From NCBI GenBank assembly GCA_963734535.1, contig CAVTHS010000007.1, positions 1 to 64,000 on the forward strand: 64,000 nt of DNA, given 5' to 3'. A program made the position numbers and the translations under genes. The notes beneath the pieces were generated by a model. That model did no database searches, had not been told where the DNA came from, and saw nothing but the letters and a program-made list of their open reading frames with translations. Positions within the stretch are counted from its first letter, which is position 1. Each line of letters opens with the position of its first letter. Shown piece after piece: positions 32,290 through 42,254 of this stretch. The stretch comes from an uncultured Chloroflexia bacterium (GTDB taxonomy: Bacteria > Chloroflexota > Limnocylindria > Limnocylindrales > CSP1-4).

Positions 32290-32494
32290 GTATCTCCTCG
32301 AGCGAGCTGGCCGAACGCGACCGCCCCGCGTTGATCCCGGGCGGAGCGCCGTCCCGGCCGCGAATCTTCCGGCGATCCTCGTCGCGACCGCCCGATCGGG
32401 GCCGTACTGTGCGCTGGCCGTTCGCGGAGTGTCAACGATTCGGACCCCGTGCAGGCGGAGCGTCCCGGGCGCCGGCACGGGTAGACTCGCCGAC

Positions 32495-33139
32495 GTGCCG
32501 CAACCCGCCCATCGCCCAGCATCCGGGCTCGCCCCAGCGGGGATTCCCCGATCACCTCGGGCGATTCGCGCGTTGCCGACGGCGATTCGCGCCGTGCCCG
32601 CCGCGGCGCGCGGCCTGGCGCTGGGGCTCCTGCTCGTGCTCGCCGGATGCGACGCGGGCGCGGTCCCGGCCACGCCGCCGATCACGCCCGGGGTCCCGGG
32701 CGTGCCGCGCCAGGTGAACGTGATCCTCAAGGACTACCTCTTCGAGCCCGCGGTCGTGGATCTCGTGCCCGGCGAGACGATCCGCCTCAACGTCGTCAAC
32801 GGGGGTCTCGACACCCACGAGCTCATCATCGGGACACGCCAGGTCCAGGATGCGTGGGCGGCCGCGGAGCGGCCCGCGGCGAACCCGCCGCCGGGCGCCA
32901 CGCCGCTCGTTGCCGTGGCACCCGGCCTGGAAGGGACCCGGATCGTGGTCGGCTCCGGTCAGATCCGCTCGATCACCTGGACGGTGCCCGCAGACGCCGG
33001 CAGCCTCCTCCTCGGCTGCCACATCTCCGATCACTACGAGCGAGGGATGGCGGGCCTCGTCCGGGCGGTCGGCCCCGGCGGGATCCTGCTGGCGCCGGCG
33101 TCGGGTCCGTCCGGCCCGATCGCGTCCGCGGCGCCCTGA
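32495..33139 (+). CDS. Cupredoxin-like lipoprotein (CopI/azurin-like)
   Basis: LAGC lipobox; [19 protein letters not shown] type-1 Cu ligands. Confidence 0.72.
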   Translation: MPQPAHRPASGLAPAGIPRSPRAIRALPTAIRAVPAAARGLALGLLLVLAGCDAGAVPATPPITPGVPGVPRQVNVILKDYLFEPAVVDLVPGETIRLNVVNGGLDTHELIIGTRQVQDAWAAAERPAANPPPGATPLVAVAPGLEGTRIVVGSGQIRSITWTVPADAGSLLLGCHISDHYERGMAGLVRAVGPGGILLAPASGPSGPIASAAP

Positions 33140-33263
33140 CGCACCGGGCCGGGCGGTCGCATGGCAGTCCGAGGTGATACGCTCGCCATGCGCGAGTTCA
33201 CCGGCGCCGTGGCGCCGTCGGCCGGCATGAACGCAGACACGACAAGCGGAGGAGCAGCCTCAG

Positions 33264-33551
<288 letters not shown>

Positions 33552-33622
33552 CACTGCCGGCCGGCGCGTCCGCGACGAACCGGCGACTGACCGGCGGCGA
33601 GCGCGCCGCCCCTGCAGACTCG

Positions 33623-33654
33623 ACGACCGGCCCCCCGCCCGGGTGGCCGGTCGT
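33623..33654 (+). terminator. Hairpin after ferredoxin
   Basis: ACGACCGGCC..GGCCGGTCGT inverted repeat. Confidence 0.45.
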
Positions 33655-33671
33655 GTCGTTCCTGGAGCGCC

Positions 33672-34559
33672 ATGCGCATCGTCTCCCTCCTCCCTGCCGC
33701 AACGGAGATCGTCGTCGCGCTCGGGCTCGCCGACGAGCTCGTCGGCGTCACCGATGCGTGCGCCGGCGTGCCCGAGTCGTCCGCGGTTCGCGTGGTCGCC
33801 CGGCGCGTGGCGCGGGGTCCTGCGACCGGTCCTGCCGCGCCGCCGTTCGACGTGGACGACGCGGGGGTCGTGGATCTGCGTCCGGACCTCGTGCTCGCAC
33901 CGGGCTGGTGGCGACCCGAACGGGCCGGGATCGAACGTCCGGCCGAGGCGATGGATCGCCGTGGCGACGGGCCCACGGTCGTGATCCTGGCGCCGTCGAG
34001 CATCGAAGGCATCCTCCACGCCATCTCCACCGTCGGGGCGATGACCTCGTCGGAGGACGCGGCGCTGGACCTCGTCGAGGATCTTCGGGAGCGCCTGGCC
34101 GGCGTCGAGGAATCGGTCGAGCGGCGGCGCACGGCCGGCCACGCGCCGCCCCGGGTGATCGCGCTGGACTGGCTCGACCCGCTGCTCGCGGCCGGGCGCT
34201 GGGTCCCCGAGCAGATCCGCCGCGCCGGGGGGTGGGACCTGCTGGGCCGTGACGGCGAGGACCCGGCGCCCACGAGCTGGGAGGCCGTGGAGGACCTCGA
34301 TCCCGAGATGCTGCTCCTTATGCCGCGCGACGCCGACCTCGCGGGCACGCTCGCAGCCTGGGCGGGCGTGTCGCGTCCCGCGGGCTGGGGCGAGATCCAC
34401 GCGGTCCGCCGGGGCCAGGTCTTCGCGCTCGACGCGGCTGCCTGCTTCGGAAACCCCGGGCCCGGCGTGATCGACGGAATCGAGCTGCTCGCGGAGCTCT
34501 TCGACCCGGTCGGAATCGTCGACGTCGCGCCGCCATGCGGCTGGGTGCCGGTCGATTGA
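33672..34559 (+). CDS. BtuF/Fe-B12-type substrate-binding family protein (no signal peptide)
   Basis: MRIVSLLPAATEIVVALG..LDWLDP..GRWVPEQIRRAGG..PGPGVIDGIELLA. Confidence 0.8.
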   Translation: MRIVSLLPAATEIVVALGLADELVGVTDACAGVPESSAVRVVARRVARGPATGPAAPPFDVDDAGVVDLRPDLVLAPGWWRPERAGIERPAEAMDRRGDGPTVVILAPSSIEGILHAISTVGAMTSSEDAALDLVEDLRERLAGVEESVERRRTAGHAPPRVIALDWLDPLLAAGRWVPEQIRRAGGWDLLGRDGEDPAPTSWEAVEDLDPEMLLLMPRDADLAGTLAAWAGVSRPAGWGEIHAVRRGQVFALDAAACFGNPGPGVIDGIELLAELFDPVGIVDVAPPCGWVPVD

Positions 34560-35602
34560 GCGCGGGTGGGCCGACGGCACGGGACGGCACGCCCGCCGGG
34601 CTGCTGCCCTTCGACTGCCTCTGGTGCGGGCAGGCCTGGCGTCCGCGGGACGCGACCGACCTGGAGGCGCTCGCCCGCCTCTGTCCGGACTGCCTTGGAC
34701 GCGCGGGCTCGAACGAGTTCCTCCGGTTCCGGCTTCGCGCCGCGCTCGATGCCAGGGCCGGGGCGGTGGCGGCCGCGCCGGCCGAGGCCCCTGCGTCCCC
34801 TGTCGCGCCGACGGCGGCCTCTGCGCCACCCGACGAGCGTGCCGCGTACCTCGAATCCGTCCCGCCGGCCGACTCAGCCCTGCCGGCCGATCGCGTCGAC
34901 CATGCGGTGCCCGGCATGTCCACCCACGAGGACGAGCTGCTCCCGTATTACGAGGCGCGGGCAGCCGAATACGACGACTGGTACCTGCGTCGTGGCCGCT
35001 ATTCGCACGGCCTCGTCTCGGACATGGCGTGGGAGATGGAGCTGGGGGTGGCCTCGACCTGGCTGGACGGGCTCCCGCTCGGCGGAGAGATCGTGGAGCT
35101 CGCCGCCGGCACGGGCTGGTGGACCGCGCTCCTGGCCGCGAAGGGCGACCTCCACGCCTACGATGTGGCCGGCGCGCCGCTCGATCGGGCGCGTGCCCGA
35201 CTCGTTGCCCACGGGCTCCGGGCGCACCTCCACGTTCGGGATGCCTGGGCCGCGCCGGACCGGGCCGTGGACGCGCTCTTCAGCGGCTTCTGGCTCAGCC
35301 ACGTGCCGCGCCCGCGGCTCGCGGACTTCCTGGGGATCGCCCGCGCCTGGCTTCGGCCCGGGGGGATCTACGCGGCGATCGACTCGCAGCCGGACGCAGC
35401 GTCGGGGACAGTCGACCGGCTGCCGGCTCCCGCGCCGGACCTCGCGCGGCGCCGTCTCGCCGACGGCCGCGAGTTCACGATCCCGAAGGTGCACTACCGG
35501 GGCGATGAGCTGGCCGAGGCGCTGCGCTCTGCCGGGTTCGTCGACGTGGAGGTCGGTTCGAGCGGGCGCTTCTTCCTGCTCGTGCGCGCGATCGCCGCCT
35601 GA
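34556..35602 (+). CDS. Class I SAM methyltransferase with N-terminal CxxC..CxxC zinc ribbon
   Basis: YYEARAAEYD, VELAAGTGWWT, GFWLSHVP; N-terminal CLWC..CPDC. Confidence 0.8.
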   Translation: MSAGGPTARDGTPAGLLPFDCLWCGQAWRPRDATDLEALARLCPDCLGRAGSNEFLRFRLRAALDARAGAVAAAPAEAPASPVAPTAASAPPDERAAYLESVPPADSALPADRVDHAVPGMSTHEDELLPYYEARAAEYDDWYLRRGRYSHGLVSDMAWEMELGVASTWLDGLPLGGEIVELAAGTGWWTALLAAKGDLHAYDVAGAPLDRARARLVAHGLRAHLHVRDAWAAPDRAVDALFSGFWLSHVPRPRLADFLGIARAWLRPGGIYAAIDSQPDAASGTVDRLPAPAPDLARRRLADGREFTIPKVHYRGDELAEALRSAGFVDVEVGSSGRFFLLVRAIAA

Positions 35603-35628
35603 CCGGCGGGCCGGGTACACTCGCGCGG

Positions 35629-36492
35629 ATGTCGCCGCTCGAAGGACGCACGCTCGCCACCGTCGGCACCGGGGTGATGGCGGAATCCATGATCGCCGGG
35701 CTGATCCGCGGCCGGCTGGTGGAGCCCGCGAACCTGGTCGCGAGCCATCCCCGCGCCGATCGCCGCGATGAGCTCGCCGCTGCCCACGGCATTCGCGTGA
35801 CGGCGAGCAACGTGGATGCCGTCGATGGAGCGGACGTGATCGTGCTGGCCGTGAAGCCGCAGATGCTCGCCCGCGTTGGTCGCGAGATCGGACCGCATCT
35901 CCGCCCGGGCCAGCTGGTGCTGAGCATCATCGCGGGCGCAACCACCACGGCGCTTGCCGGTCTCCTGGGCCATCGCGAGCTTGTCCGGAGCATGCCCAAC
36001 ACCCCGGCTCAGCTGGGCCATGGGATGACCGTCTGGTACGCGACGCCGGAGACGACGCCCGAGCAGCGCGCCCAGGCGAAGGCGCTCCTCTCCGCGCTCG
36101 GCGTCGAGATCGAGGTCGACGACGAGAAGTTCGTGGCGATGGCCACGGCCGTCTCCGGCACCGGCCCGACGTACGTCTTCCTCGTCATGGAGGCGCTCGT
36201 GGACGCCGCCGTCCACCTGGGCTTCCCGCGCCACGTGGCCCACGACCTGGTGGTCGAGACGCTCGAGGGGAGCGCCCTCTTCGCCAAGGCGTCCGGGACC
36301 CATCCGGCCGTGCTTCGGAACATGGTCACCTCGCCGGGCGGGACGAGCGCCGCCGCCCTCCACGAGCTCGAGTCGGGCCGCCTCCGGACGGTCCTCTCCG
36401 AGGCCGTCTGGGCCGCCTACCGGCGCACCGTGGAGCTGGGGGAGCAGCTCGAGGCCTCGGTCGAGTCGGCGGACCGCCGGTCCACGCGATGA
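35629..36492 (+). CDS. proC: Pyrroline-5-carboxylate reductase
   Basis: GTGVMA, LAVKPQ, RSMPNTP, SGTGPTY, VTSPGGTS. Confidence 0.95.
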   Translation: MSPLEGRTLATVGTGVMAESMIAGLIRGRLVEPANLVASHPRADRRDELAAAHGIRVTASNVDAVDGADVIVLAVKPQMLARVGREIGPHLRPGQLVLSIIAGATTTALAGLLGHRELVRSMPNTPAQLGHGMTVWYATPETTPEQRAQAKALLSALGVEIEVDDEKFVAMATAVSGTGPTYVFLVMEALVDAAVHLGFPRHVAHDLVVETLEGSALFAKASGTHPAVLRNMVTSPGGTSAAALHELESGRLRTVLSEAVWAAYRRTVELGEQLEASVESADRRSTR

Positions 36493-36704
36493 CGGTCGGT
36501 CTTCGCACGGCCCCGGTGGCCGACGTGCGCGCCGTCGACCTGCGTGCCGCCGACCGCGACCTGTGGGCCGACGAAGCGGCGATCCGGGCACGCCTGCCGG
36601 TCGACCTCGACCGGATCCCGGCCCCGGCCTTCATGGTCCTCCACGGGCACGCGCTCGAGCTCCCGGACATCCTCGAGCGGGCCACGCGTTCCGCGACCGC
36701 GTGA
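36489..36704 (+). CDS. Small hypothetical protein, translationally coupled on both sides
   Basis: ATGA overlap with proC and GTGA overlap with the next gene. Confidence 0.45.
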   Translation: MTVGLRTAPVADVRAVDLRAADRDLWADEAAIRARLPVDLDRIPAPAFMVLHGHALELPDILERATRSATA

Positions 36705-37546
36705 GCGACGTGCACGTCCCGCCTCCGCGGGGCCTCCTCGCGATCTTCGCGCACCCGGACGACGAGTCGTTCGGCGTGGGCGGCGTGCTCGCGCTCGCGG
36801 CGGCCCGCGGCGTGCCGACGAACCTGGTCTGCGCGACCGACGGGGACCTGGGCGGGGAGGCGGGCGCGCGCGAGCTCGACCGTGAGCTGCGCCGCGCCGA
36901 GCTGCGAGAGGCGATGGCCGCCCTCGGCGTCCCCGAGCCGATCTTCCTCGGCTACCGCGACAGCGGGATGGAGAGCTGGCCGCGCCCGGCCGAGTGCTTC
37001 GCGAACGCGGACGCGGAGGAGGTCGTGGGCCGCCTCGAGGCGATCCTCGCCGATCTGCGCCCCGAGGTCGTCCTGACGTTCGATCCGGGCGGGATCTACG
37101 GCCATCCCGACCACGTGACGGCCTCCGCCCGGGCGACCGAGGCGTATCGGCGGGCGGCACGCCGGCCGGGCGGTCCTCGCGTGCTGTATCACCAGGCGAT
37201 CCCGCGCAGCGGTCTCGCGGAGATGGGGCGCATCCAGGAGGCGTTCGCTGCGATGCGCGGTGGTACGGCCGCCCCGCCCCCGAGCGAGGACGACCTCCTC
37301 CAGCAGCGGCGCTTCGCGGAGCTGGCCCGACCAGACGAGGAGATCACCACGATCGTCGACGTCCGCAGCGTGCTCGACCGAAAGCTCGCCGCGCTGTCTG
37401 CGCACGCGAGCCAGATGCGCGACGGGAGCTGGGCCGACGCGCCGCGCGAGATGGTCGAGCAGTTCCTGGGCTGGGAGACGTTCGTGCGGGTGGACCCACC
37501 GCCCATGCACGGAGAGCGGGAGACGGACCTCCGCGGCGTGGTATAA
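36701..37546 (+). CDS. PIG-L/LmbE-family deacetylase (MshB/BshB-like)
   Basis: AHPDDE, ATDGDLG, LGYRDSG, YGHPDH, HASQ. Confidence 0.9.
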   Translation: MSDVHVPPPRGLLAIFAHPDDESFGVGGVLALAAARGVPTNLVCATDGDLGGEAGARELDRELRRAELREAMAALGVPEPIFLGYRDSGMESWPRPAECFANADAEEVVGRLEAILADLRPEVVLTFDPGGIYGHPDHVTASARATEAYRRAARRPGGPRVLYHQAIPRSGLAEMGRIQEAFAAMRGGTAAPPPSEDDLLQQRRFAELARPDEEITTIVDVRSVLDRKLAALSAHASQMRDGSWADAPREMVEQFLGWETFVRVDPPPMHGERETDLRGVV

Positions 37547-37554
37547 CGCCGCCG

Positions 37555-39816
37555 ATGCCTCCCGGACGCGTGATCGAGCCCTCCGACGACGACCTCCTCC
37601 CGAACGCCGAGACCGCGCTCGAAGCAGTGAGCGCCGATGCACCGGTGCCGGTCCCGATCGTTGCCCCGCCCCGCCGCCGCGGGCGGCCACCCGGCTCGAA
37701 GAACCGTCCGAAGCCCGCGCCGGATCCCGCGCCTGCGAGCGAGCCGCTCTCCGAGTTCGATCCGTCGACGCCGCAGGAGGCGACGCCTGGGGCGACGCCT
37801 GCCGCCACGGGTGCCGGGACCCGCCGCCGTGCTTCCCGGCCGCCCGGCGCCGCGTCCGCCTCCATCCCCCTCCGCGACCGGTTGACGATCGAGCAGCTCG
37901 TCGCGTGCGACTCCCCGCGCGAGCCGCGCCTTTCGCCCGACGGGCGACGCGTCGCCTACACCGCCGAGGCCGGCGGGGCGCGCCAGGTCTTCATCTTCGA
38001 CCTGCGGAGCGGCGCGACACGCCAGCTCACCGCCTCCGAGAAGGCCGTCTCGGATCCGCAGTGGGCGCCCGACGGCGCGCACCTCGCGTACGTTCGCGAC
38101 GACGCGATCTGGGTGATCGGGACCAACGGCAGCCGGGCCACCATCGTCACCGACCACCCCGCGGGCAGCCGGGCGCCGCGCTGGGCGCCCGACGGTCGTC
38201 GGATCGCGTTCGTCTCTCGCCGCCGCGGCTGGAGCCAGGCCTGGGTCCAGGATGCGCCGCTGCCGCACCGCGGCCGTCCGGCCGCCCGCCCGGTCGCGCC
38301 CGAGCCGCGCGCGCTCACGCCGGCCGGGGTGGACGTCGACGGGCTGGCCTGGTCGCCGGACGGGACCCGCCTCGCCATCACGGCGCAGCGCCAGCCCGAC
38401 CTCCTCACCAACCAGGTCACGATCCTCGATCTCGCCTCGGGCGAGGAGCGCCTCGTCGCCGGCGCCGCGGAGTGGGCAACCGGGGCACGCTGGCTCCCCG
38501 ACGGGCGCGGCGTCATCTTCGTGGGTGATGCCGACGGCTGGTTCCAGGTCGTGCGCGTCGATGCCGACGGCACGGGACGGAGCGTTCTCACGTCGGGAGC
38601 CGTCGAGCATGGCGCACCGGGAGCCCTCTTCGGGGTTGCCCCCATCCCGTCGCCGGACGGGACCCGCTTCGTCCACGCGACCATCCGCGACGCGCTCCAG
38701 CAGCTCTACGTGGCCCCGATGGCGGCCGCGACCCCCGTGAAGCGCAGGCCCGGCCGGCCGCCGAAGCATCCCGCCGTCGAACCCCCGCCCGGTGCCGGCG
38801 CGCCGGTCCGGATCGACCCGTTCGACGGCGTCTGGCTGGCCGTCGACTGGCTGCCGGACGGCAGCGGGATTCTCGCGGTGGGGGAGTCGTGCCGCGAGCC
38901 GGAGGACCTCTGGATCCTGCCGGTTCCCGGCGTCGATGGGTCGCTCGGACGACGTCCCCGGCGTCTTACCCAGAGCCGCCCGGCCGCCCTCCCGATCGGC
39001 GGATTCGTGGACCCGGAGCATCGCCGGATCCGCGCTCGCGATGGGCTGCAGGTCCCTGTGACGCTGTGGCGGCCGGCGGCCGCCACGGGGCGACGGGGCG
39101 GGCTCACCGTCCCCACGATCGTCCACGTTCACGGTGGGCCCACCTGGCAGGCGTTCCGGGGGTGGGTCCCGCTCCGCGAGCTGCTGGTCCAGGAAGGCTT
39201 CGCCTACCTGTCGGTCGACTTCCGCGGCTCCACCGGGTACGGCCGCGACTTCCGGCACGCCAACCGGGGGGAATGGGGTCACGCCGACGTCCACGACGTC
39301 ATCGACGCGGCGCGCTGGGCCAGTGCCCAGCCCTGGTCGAACGGCAGGCTCGCGATGTACGGCGGGTCCTACGGCGGCTACCTGACGCTGTGCGCCCTGG
39401 TGGAGGAGCCGTCGATGTGGGCAGCCGGTGTCGACCTGTTCGGCGACTCGGAGATCGCGGAGAGCTATCGACACGGCGATCGCGTGGGCCGGATCGACCT
39501 GGAGCGGATGATGGGAAGCCCGGACGACCCTGCGGCGGTGGAGCACTACCGGCGCGGCTCGCCGCTCTATCGCGCGGAGCGGATCGAGGCGCCGCTCCTC
39601 CTGCTCCACGGGCGGAAGGACCGCCGCGTCGTGCCGCTGATGACCGAGAAGATGGTCGAGGCGCTCGAGATCGAGGGCAAGTACCACGAGGTGCACTGGT
39701 ACGCCGACGAGGGTCACGGCTGGGAACGGCGCGAGAACCGTCGCGACGCCTTCGGCCGCATCCTCGCCTGGCTGAAGCGGCACGTCGCCGGGGAGCTGCC
39801 GCCACCACCCGGCTGA
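37555..39816 (+). CDS. S9 family peptidase (PD40 propeller plus alpha/beta hydrolase)
   Basis: SPDG/WAPDG repeats; VHGGP, DFRGSTGYG, GGSYGG, LLHGRKD, DEGHG. Confidence 0.92.
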   Translation: MPPGRVIEPSDDDLLPNAETALEAVSADAPVPVPIVAPPRRRGRPPGSKNRPKPAPDPAPASEPLSEFDPSTPQEATPGATPAATGAGTRRRASRPPGAASASIPLRDRLTIEQLVACDSPREPRLSPDGRRVAYTAEAGGARQVFIFDLRSGATRQLTASEKAVSDPQWAPDGAHLAYVRDDAIWVIGTNGSRATIVTDHPAGSRAPRWAPDGRRIAFVSRRRGWSQAWVQDAPLPHRGRPAARPVAPEPRALTPAGVDVDGLAWSPDGTRLAITAQRQPDLLTNQVTILDLASGEERLVAGAAEWATGARWLPDGRGVIFVGDADGWFQVVRVDADGTGRSVLTSGAVEHGAPGALFGVAPIPSPDGTRFVHATIRDALQQLYVAPMAAATPVKRRPGRPPKHPAVEPPPGAGAPVRIDPFDGVWLAVDWLPDGSGILAVGESCREPEDLWILPVPGVDGSLGRRPRRLTQSRPAALPIGGFVDPEHRRIRARDGLQVPVTLWRPAAATGRRGGLTVPTIVHVHGGPTWQAFRGWVPLRELLVQEGFAYLSVDFRGSTGYGRDFRHANRGEWGHADVHDVIDAARWASAQPWSNGRLAMYGGSYGGYLTLCALVEEPSMWAAGVDLFGDSEIAESYRHGDRVGRIDLERMMGSPDDPAAVEHYRRGSPLYRAERIEAPLLLLHGRKDRRVVPLMTEKMVEALEIEGKYHEVHWYADEGHGWERRENRRDAFGRILAWLKRHVAGELPPPPG

Positions 39817-39821
39817 TCGGC

Positions 39822-40262
39822 ATGGAGACAGTCGCCCGCCTCGCGGTCCTGCTCTCCTGCGCGGCGGCCGCCGGGGGGCTTCTCGTGAGCCTGGCCCGAC
39901 CGCATCCTGCGGGCATCCGCGTCCGCCCGGAAGGGCCGGGCAGCCTCCCCGGCGTGGTGCCGGCCGCGCTGGCCGGGTACGTGCTGCTCGCCGGCGGGGC
40001 CGCTCTCACCGGGGCCGGGACGCTCGAGGCGGGCATGCTCGCCACGGGGCTTCGGGCCGGCGGCGTCGGGCTGCTGGTCGCCACGGGGCTCCTTGCCGGC
40101 CTGGCCGTCGCGCCGACCGGCCAGCGCGTCCCGATGACGCTGGGAGGGTTGCTCATCCTCCTGTGGGCGGGCGGGGCACTCGCGCTCGTCAGCTGGCTGC
40201 TGGCGATCGGCGCCGTGCTGGTCGCGCTCGCCGGCAGCGTGCGGATGGACCCGGATCGCTGA
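39822..40262 (+). CDS. Hypothetical membrane protein
   Basis: 146 aa with several hydrophobic helices; starts 5 nt after the S9 stop. Confidence 0.55.
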   Translation: METVARLAVLLSCAAAAGGLLVSLARPHPAGIRVRPEGPGSLPGVVPAALAGYVLLAGGAALTGAGTLEAGMLATGLRAGGVGLLVATGLLAGLAVAPTGQRVPMTLGGLLILLWAGGALALVSWLLAIGAVLVALAGSVRMDPDR

Positions 40263-40397
40263 GGCCCCCCGCGGTAGCCTTGCGTCGCGACGGCGGCGAT
40301 GCCGCCGGCCCAGGAGGCGCCCCCCGATGTCGCTGCCGATCCGGCCTGCTGCCGGCACCGTCCCCGAGCTCGACGTTCGGGCGCCCGGGGTGGCCGG

Positions 40398-41366
40398 ATG
40401 ACGGCGACCGGTGCTCTCCGCGACGCGCCCGAGCGGGCGCTGCGGTCGCTCTTCATGGGGCTCTCGCACCGCCGGTCGCTTGGCCGGCTCGCGACCCGTG
40501 TCCCGATCACGCGCCCGATGGTCGGCCGGTTCGTGGCGGGCGAGAGCCTGCCCGAGGTGCTCGACGCGCTCGGGCGGCTCCGCGAGGGCGGGTACGGGAC
40601 GACCGTCGACGTCCTCGGCGAGTCTGTCTCTTCGGCGGAGGCCTGTGCTGCCGCCGCCGGTCGCTACGAGGAGACGCTCGCGGCGCTCGCCGGGCGCGGG
40701 CTGGAGCGGAACGTGAGCCTCAAGCTCACCCAGATGGGTCTCGACATCTCCGAGGAGATCTGTCGCGAGACGGTCGCCCGGGTCATGCGGGCGGCCGTGG
40801 AGGTCGGGGCATTCGTCCGGATCGACATGGAGGACCACACGAAGACCGATCGAACGCTCCGTCTCTGGCGCGAGCTGCGGTCGGTCAACCCGGAGACCGG
40901 GGTGGTGATCCAGGCCGCGCTGCGCCGGAGCGCGGCCGACGTCGAGGGCCTGATCGCCGAGGGGGCGCGGGTTCGCCTCTGCAAGGGCGCCTACAACGAG
41001 CCGGCGTCGGTCGCGTTCCGCGAGCGCGATGCCGTCGACGAGGCATACGAATCGCTTGCCCGCAGCCTGATGCGCGAAGGAGTCAACCCGGCCCTCGCGA
41101 CCCACGACGGACGGCTGATCGGGCGCCTTCTCCGCTTCGCCAGCGCGGAGGGGATCGCGCCGGATCGCTACGAGTTCCAGATGCTCTACGGCGTCCGGCG
41201 GGATCTCCAGGCGGAGCTGATCCGGCGCGGCCAGCGTGTCCGCGTCTACGTGCCGTACGGGACGGAGTGGTACCCATACTTCATGCGGCGCCTTGCAGAG
41301 AAGCCCGCCAACGTGGCATTCCTTCTGCGAAGCCTGCTCAAGGAGGGTCGCCGCCCGGCGGCCTGA
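40398..41366 (+). CDS. Monofunctional proline dehydrogenase
   Basis: RFVAGE, SLKLTQMGL, RIDMED, RLCKGAY, ATHD, EFQMLYG, YVPYG..YFMRRLAE. Confidence 0.93.
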   Translation: MTATGALRDAPERALRSLFMGLSHRRSLGRLATRVPITRPMVGRFVAGESLPEVLDALGRLREGGYGTTVDVLGESVSSAEACAAAAGRYEETLAALAGRGLERNVSLKLTQMGLDISEEICRETVARVMRAAVEVGAFVRIDMEDHTKTDRTLRLWRELRSVNPETGVVIQAALRRSAADVEGLIAEGARVRLCKGAYNEPASVAFRERDAVDEAYESLARSLMREGVNPALATHDGRLIGRLLRFASAEGIAPDRYEFQMLYGVRRDLQAELIRRGQRVRVYVPYGTEWYPYFMRRLAEKPANVAFLLRSLLKEGRRPAA

Positions 41367-41406
41367 CACGCCCGATACCGGCCCGGCCGTGGCGCGGCGC
41401 CGCGCT

Positions 41407-42234
41407 TCAGCCCGGCAGGCGCTCCCGGAGCCAGCCGATCATCTCGTCGACGATCCGCGCCCCGGCGATCGGGTCGTGGTGCGGCTCGTGGCGTACCTCC
41501 GGGTAGACCCGGCGCTCGACCGACGGGTACGCGCCCGCGAACGCGCTCGACGCGGTCGGGACCAGCGGGTCCGCGCCGCCATGGACGAGCAGGACCGGGA
41601 GCGGGAAGCCGCCGTGCTCGGCCAGCCGGGCCCGCACGCGGTCCATCGCCCGGAAGATGCCGTTCCCCAGCCGAAACGTCGTTCGCGACTCGCACAGCGG
41701 GTCGACGGCGACCGCCTCACCGATCGCAGGGTCGCGCGAGAGCGCCGACCCCTTCCACGGGTTGTCGATCGCGGCACGCGGGATGACAACGGCCAGGACC
41801 GGAGCGGCGAGCCGAAGGGCCGGGTTGATCTTCGAGCCGAGCGCCGGCGCCGAGAGGATCGCGACGTCCGGGAGCGGGCGACCGTCGAGCAGGTAGTCGG
41901 CGAGGATCAGGCCGCCCAGCGAGTGACCGTAGATGGCGGCCGGAAGGCCCGGCCGCCGCGACGCGGCGAGCCGGTCCTCGATGTCGTCCAGGTAGCTGGC
42001 CCACCGCTCGGCATCGGCTCGTGGCCCGGCGGATGCCCCGAACCCGCGATGATCGTAGGACGCCGCCGCGATCCCGGCCGCGGCGAAACGTCCGGCAGTC
42101 GCCTCGTGGCGTCCCGAGTGCTCTCCGAGGCCGTGGACCACCAGGATCGTGGCCCACGGCTCGCCGGCGGGCGCCCACTGCCGGGTGAGGAGCGGCGTGC
42201 CGTCGCGCGCGGGAAGCGTCTCCAGCTCGGCCAT
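41407..42234 (-). CDS. Alpha/beta hydrolase (lysophospholipase/monoglyceride lipase-like)
   Basis: HGLGEHSGR, DHRGFG, GHSLGG, HGGADP, HE. Confidence 0.88.
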   Translation of the reverse strand: MAELETLPARDGTPLLTRQWAPAGEPWATILVVHGLGEHSGRHEATAGRFAAAGIAAASYDHRGFGASAGPRADAERWASYLDDIEDRLAASRRPGLPAAIYGHSLGGLILADYLLDGRPLPDVAILSAPALGSKINPALRLAAPVLAVVIPRAAIDNPWKGSALSRDPAIGEAVAVDPLCESRTTFRLGNGIFRAMDRVRARLAEHGGFPLPVLLVHGGADPLVPTASSAFAGAYPSVERRVYPEVRHEPHHDPIAGARIVDEMIGWLRERLPG

Positions 42235-42254
42235 GTGGCCAAGGGTACGCTCGC

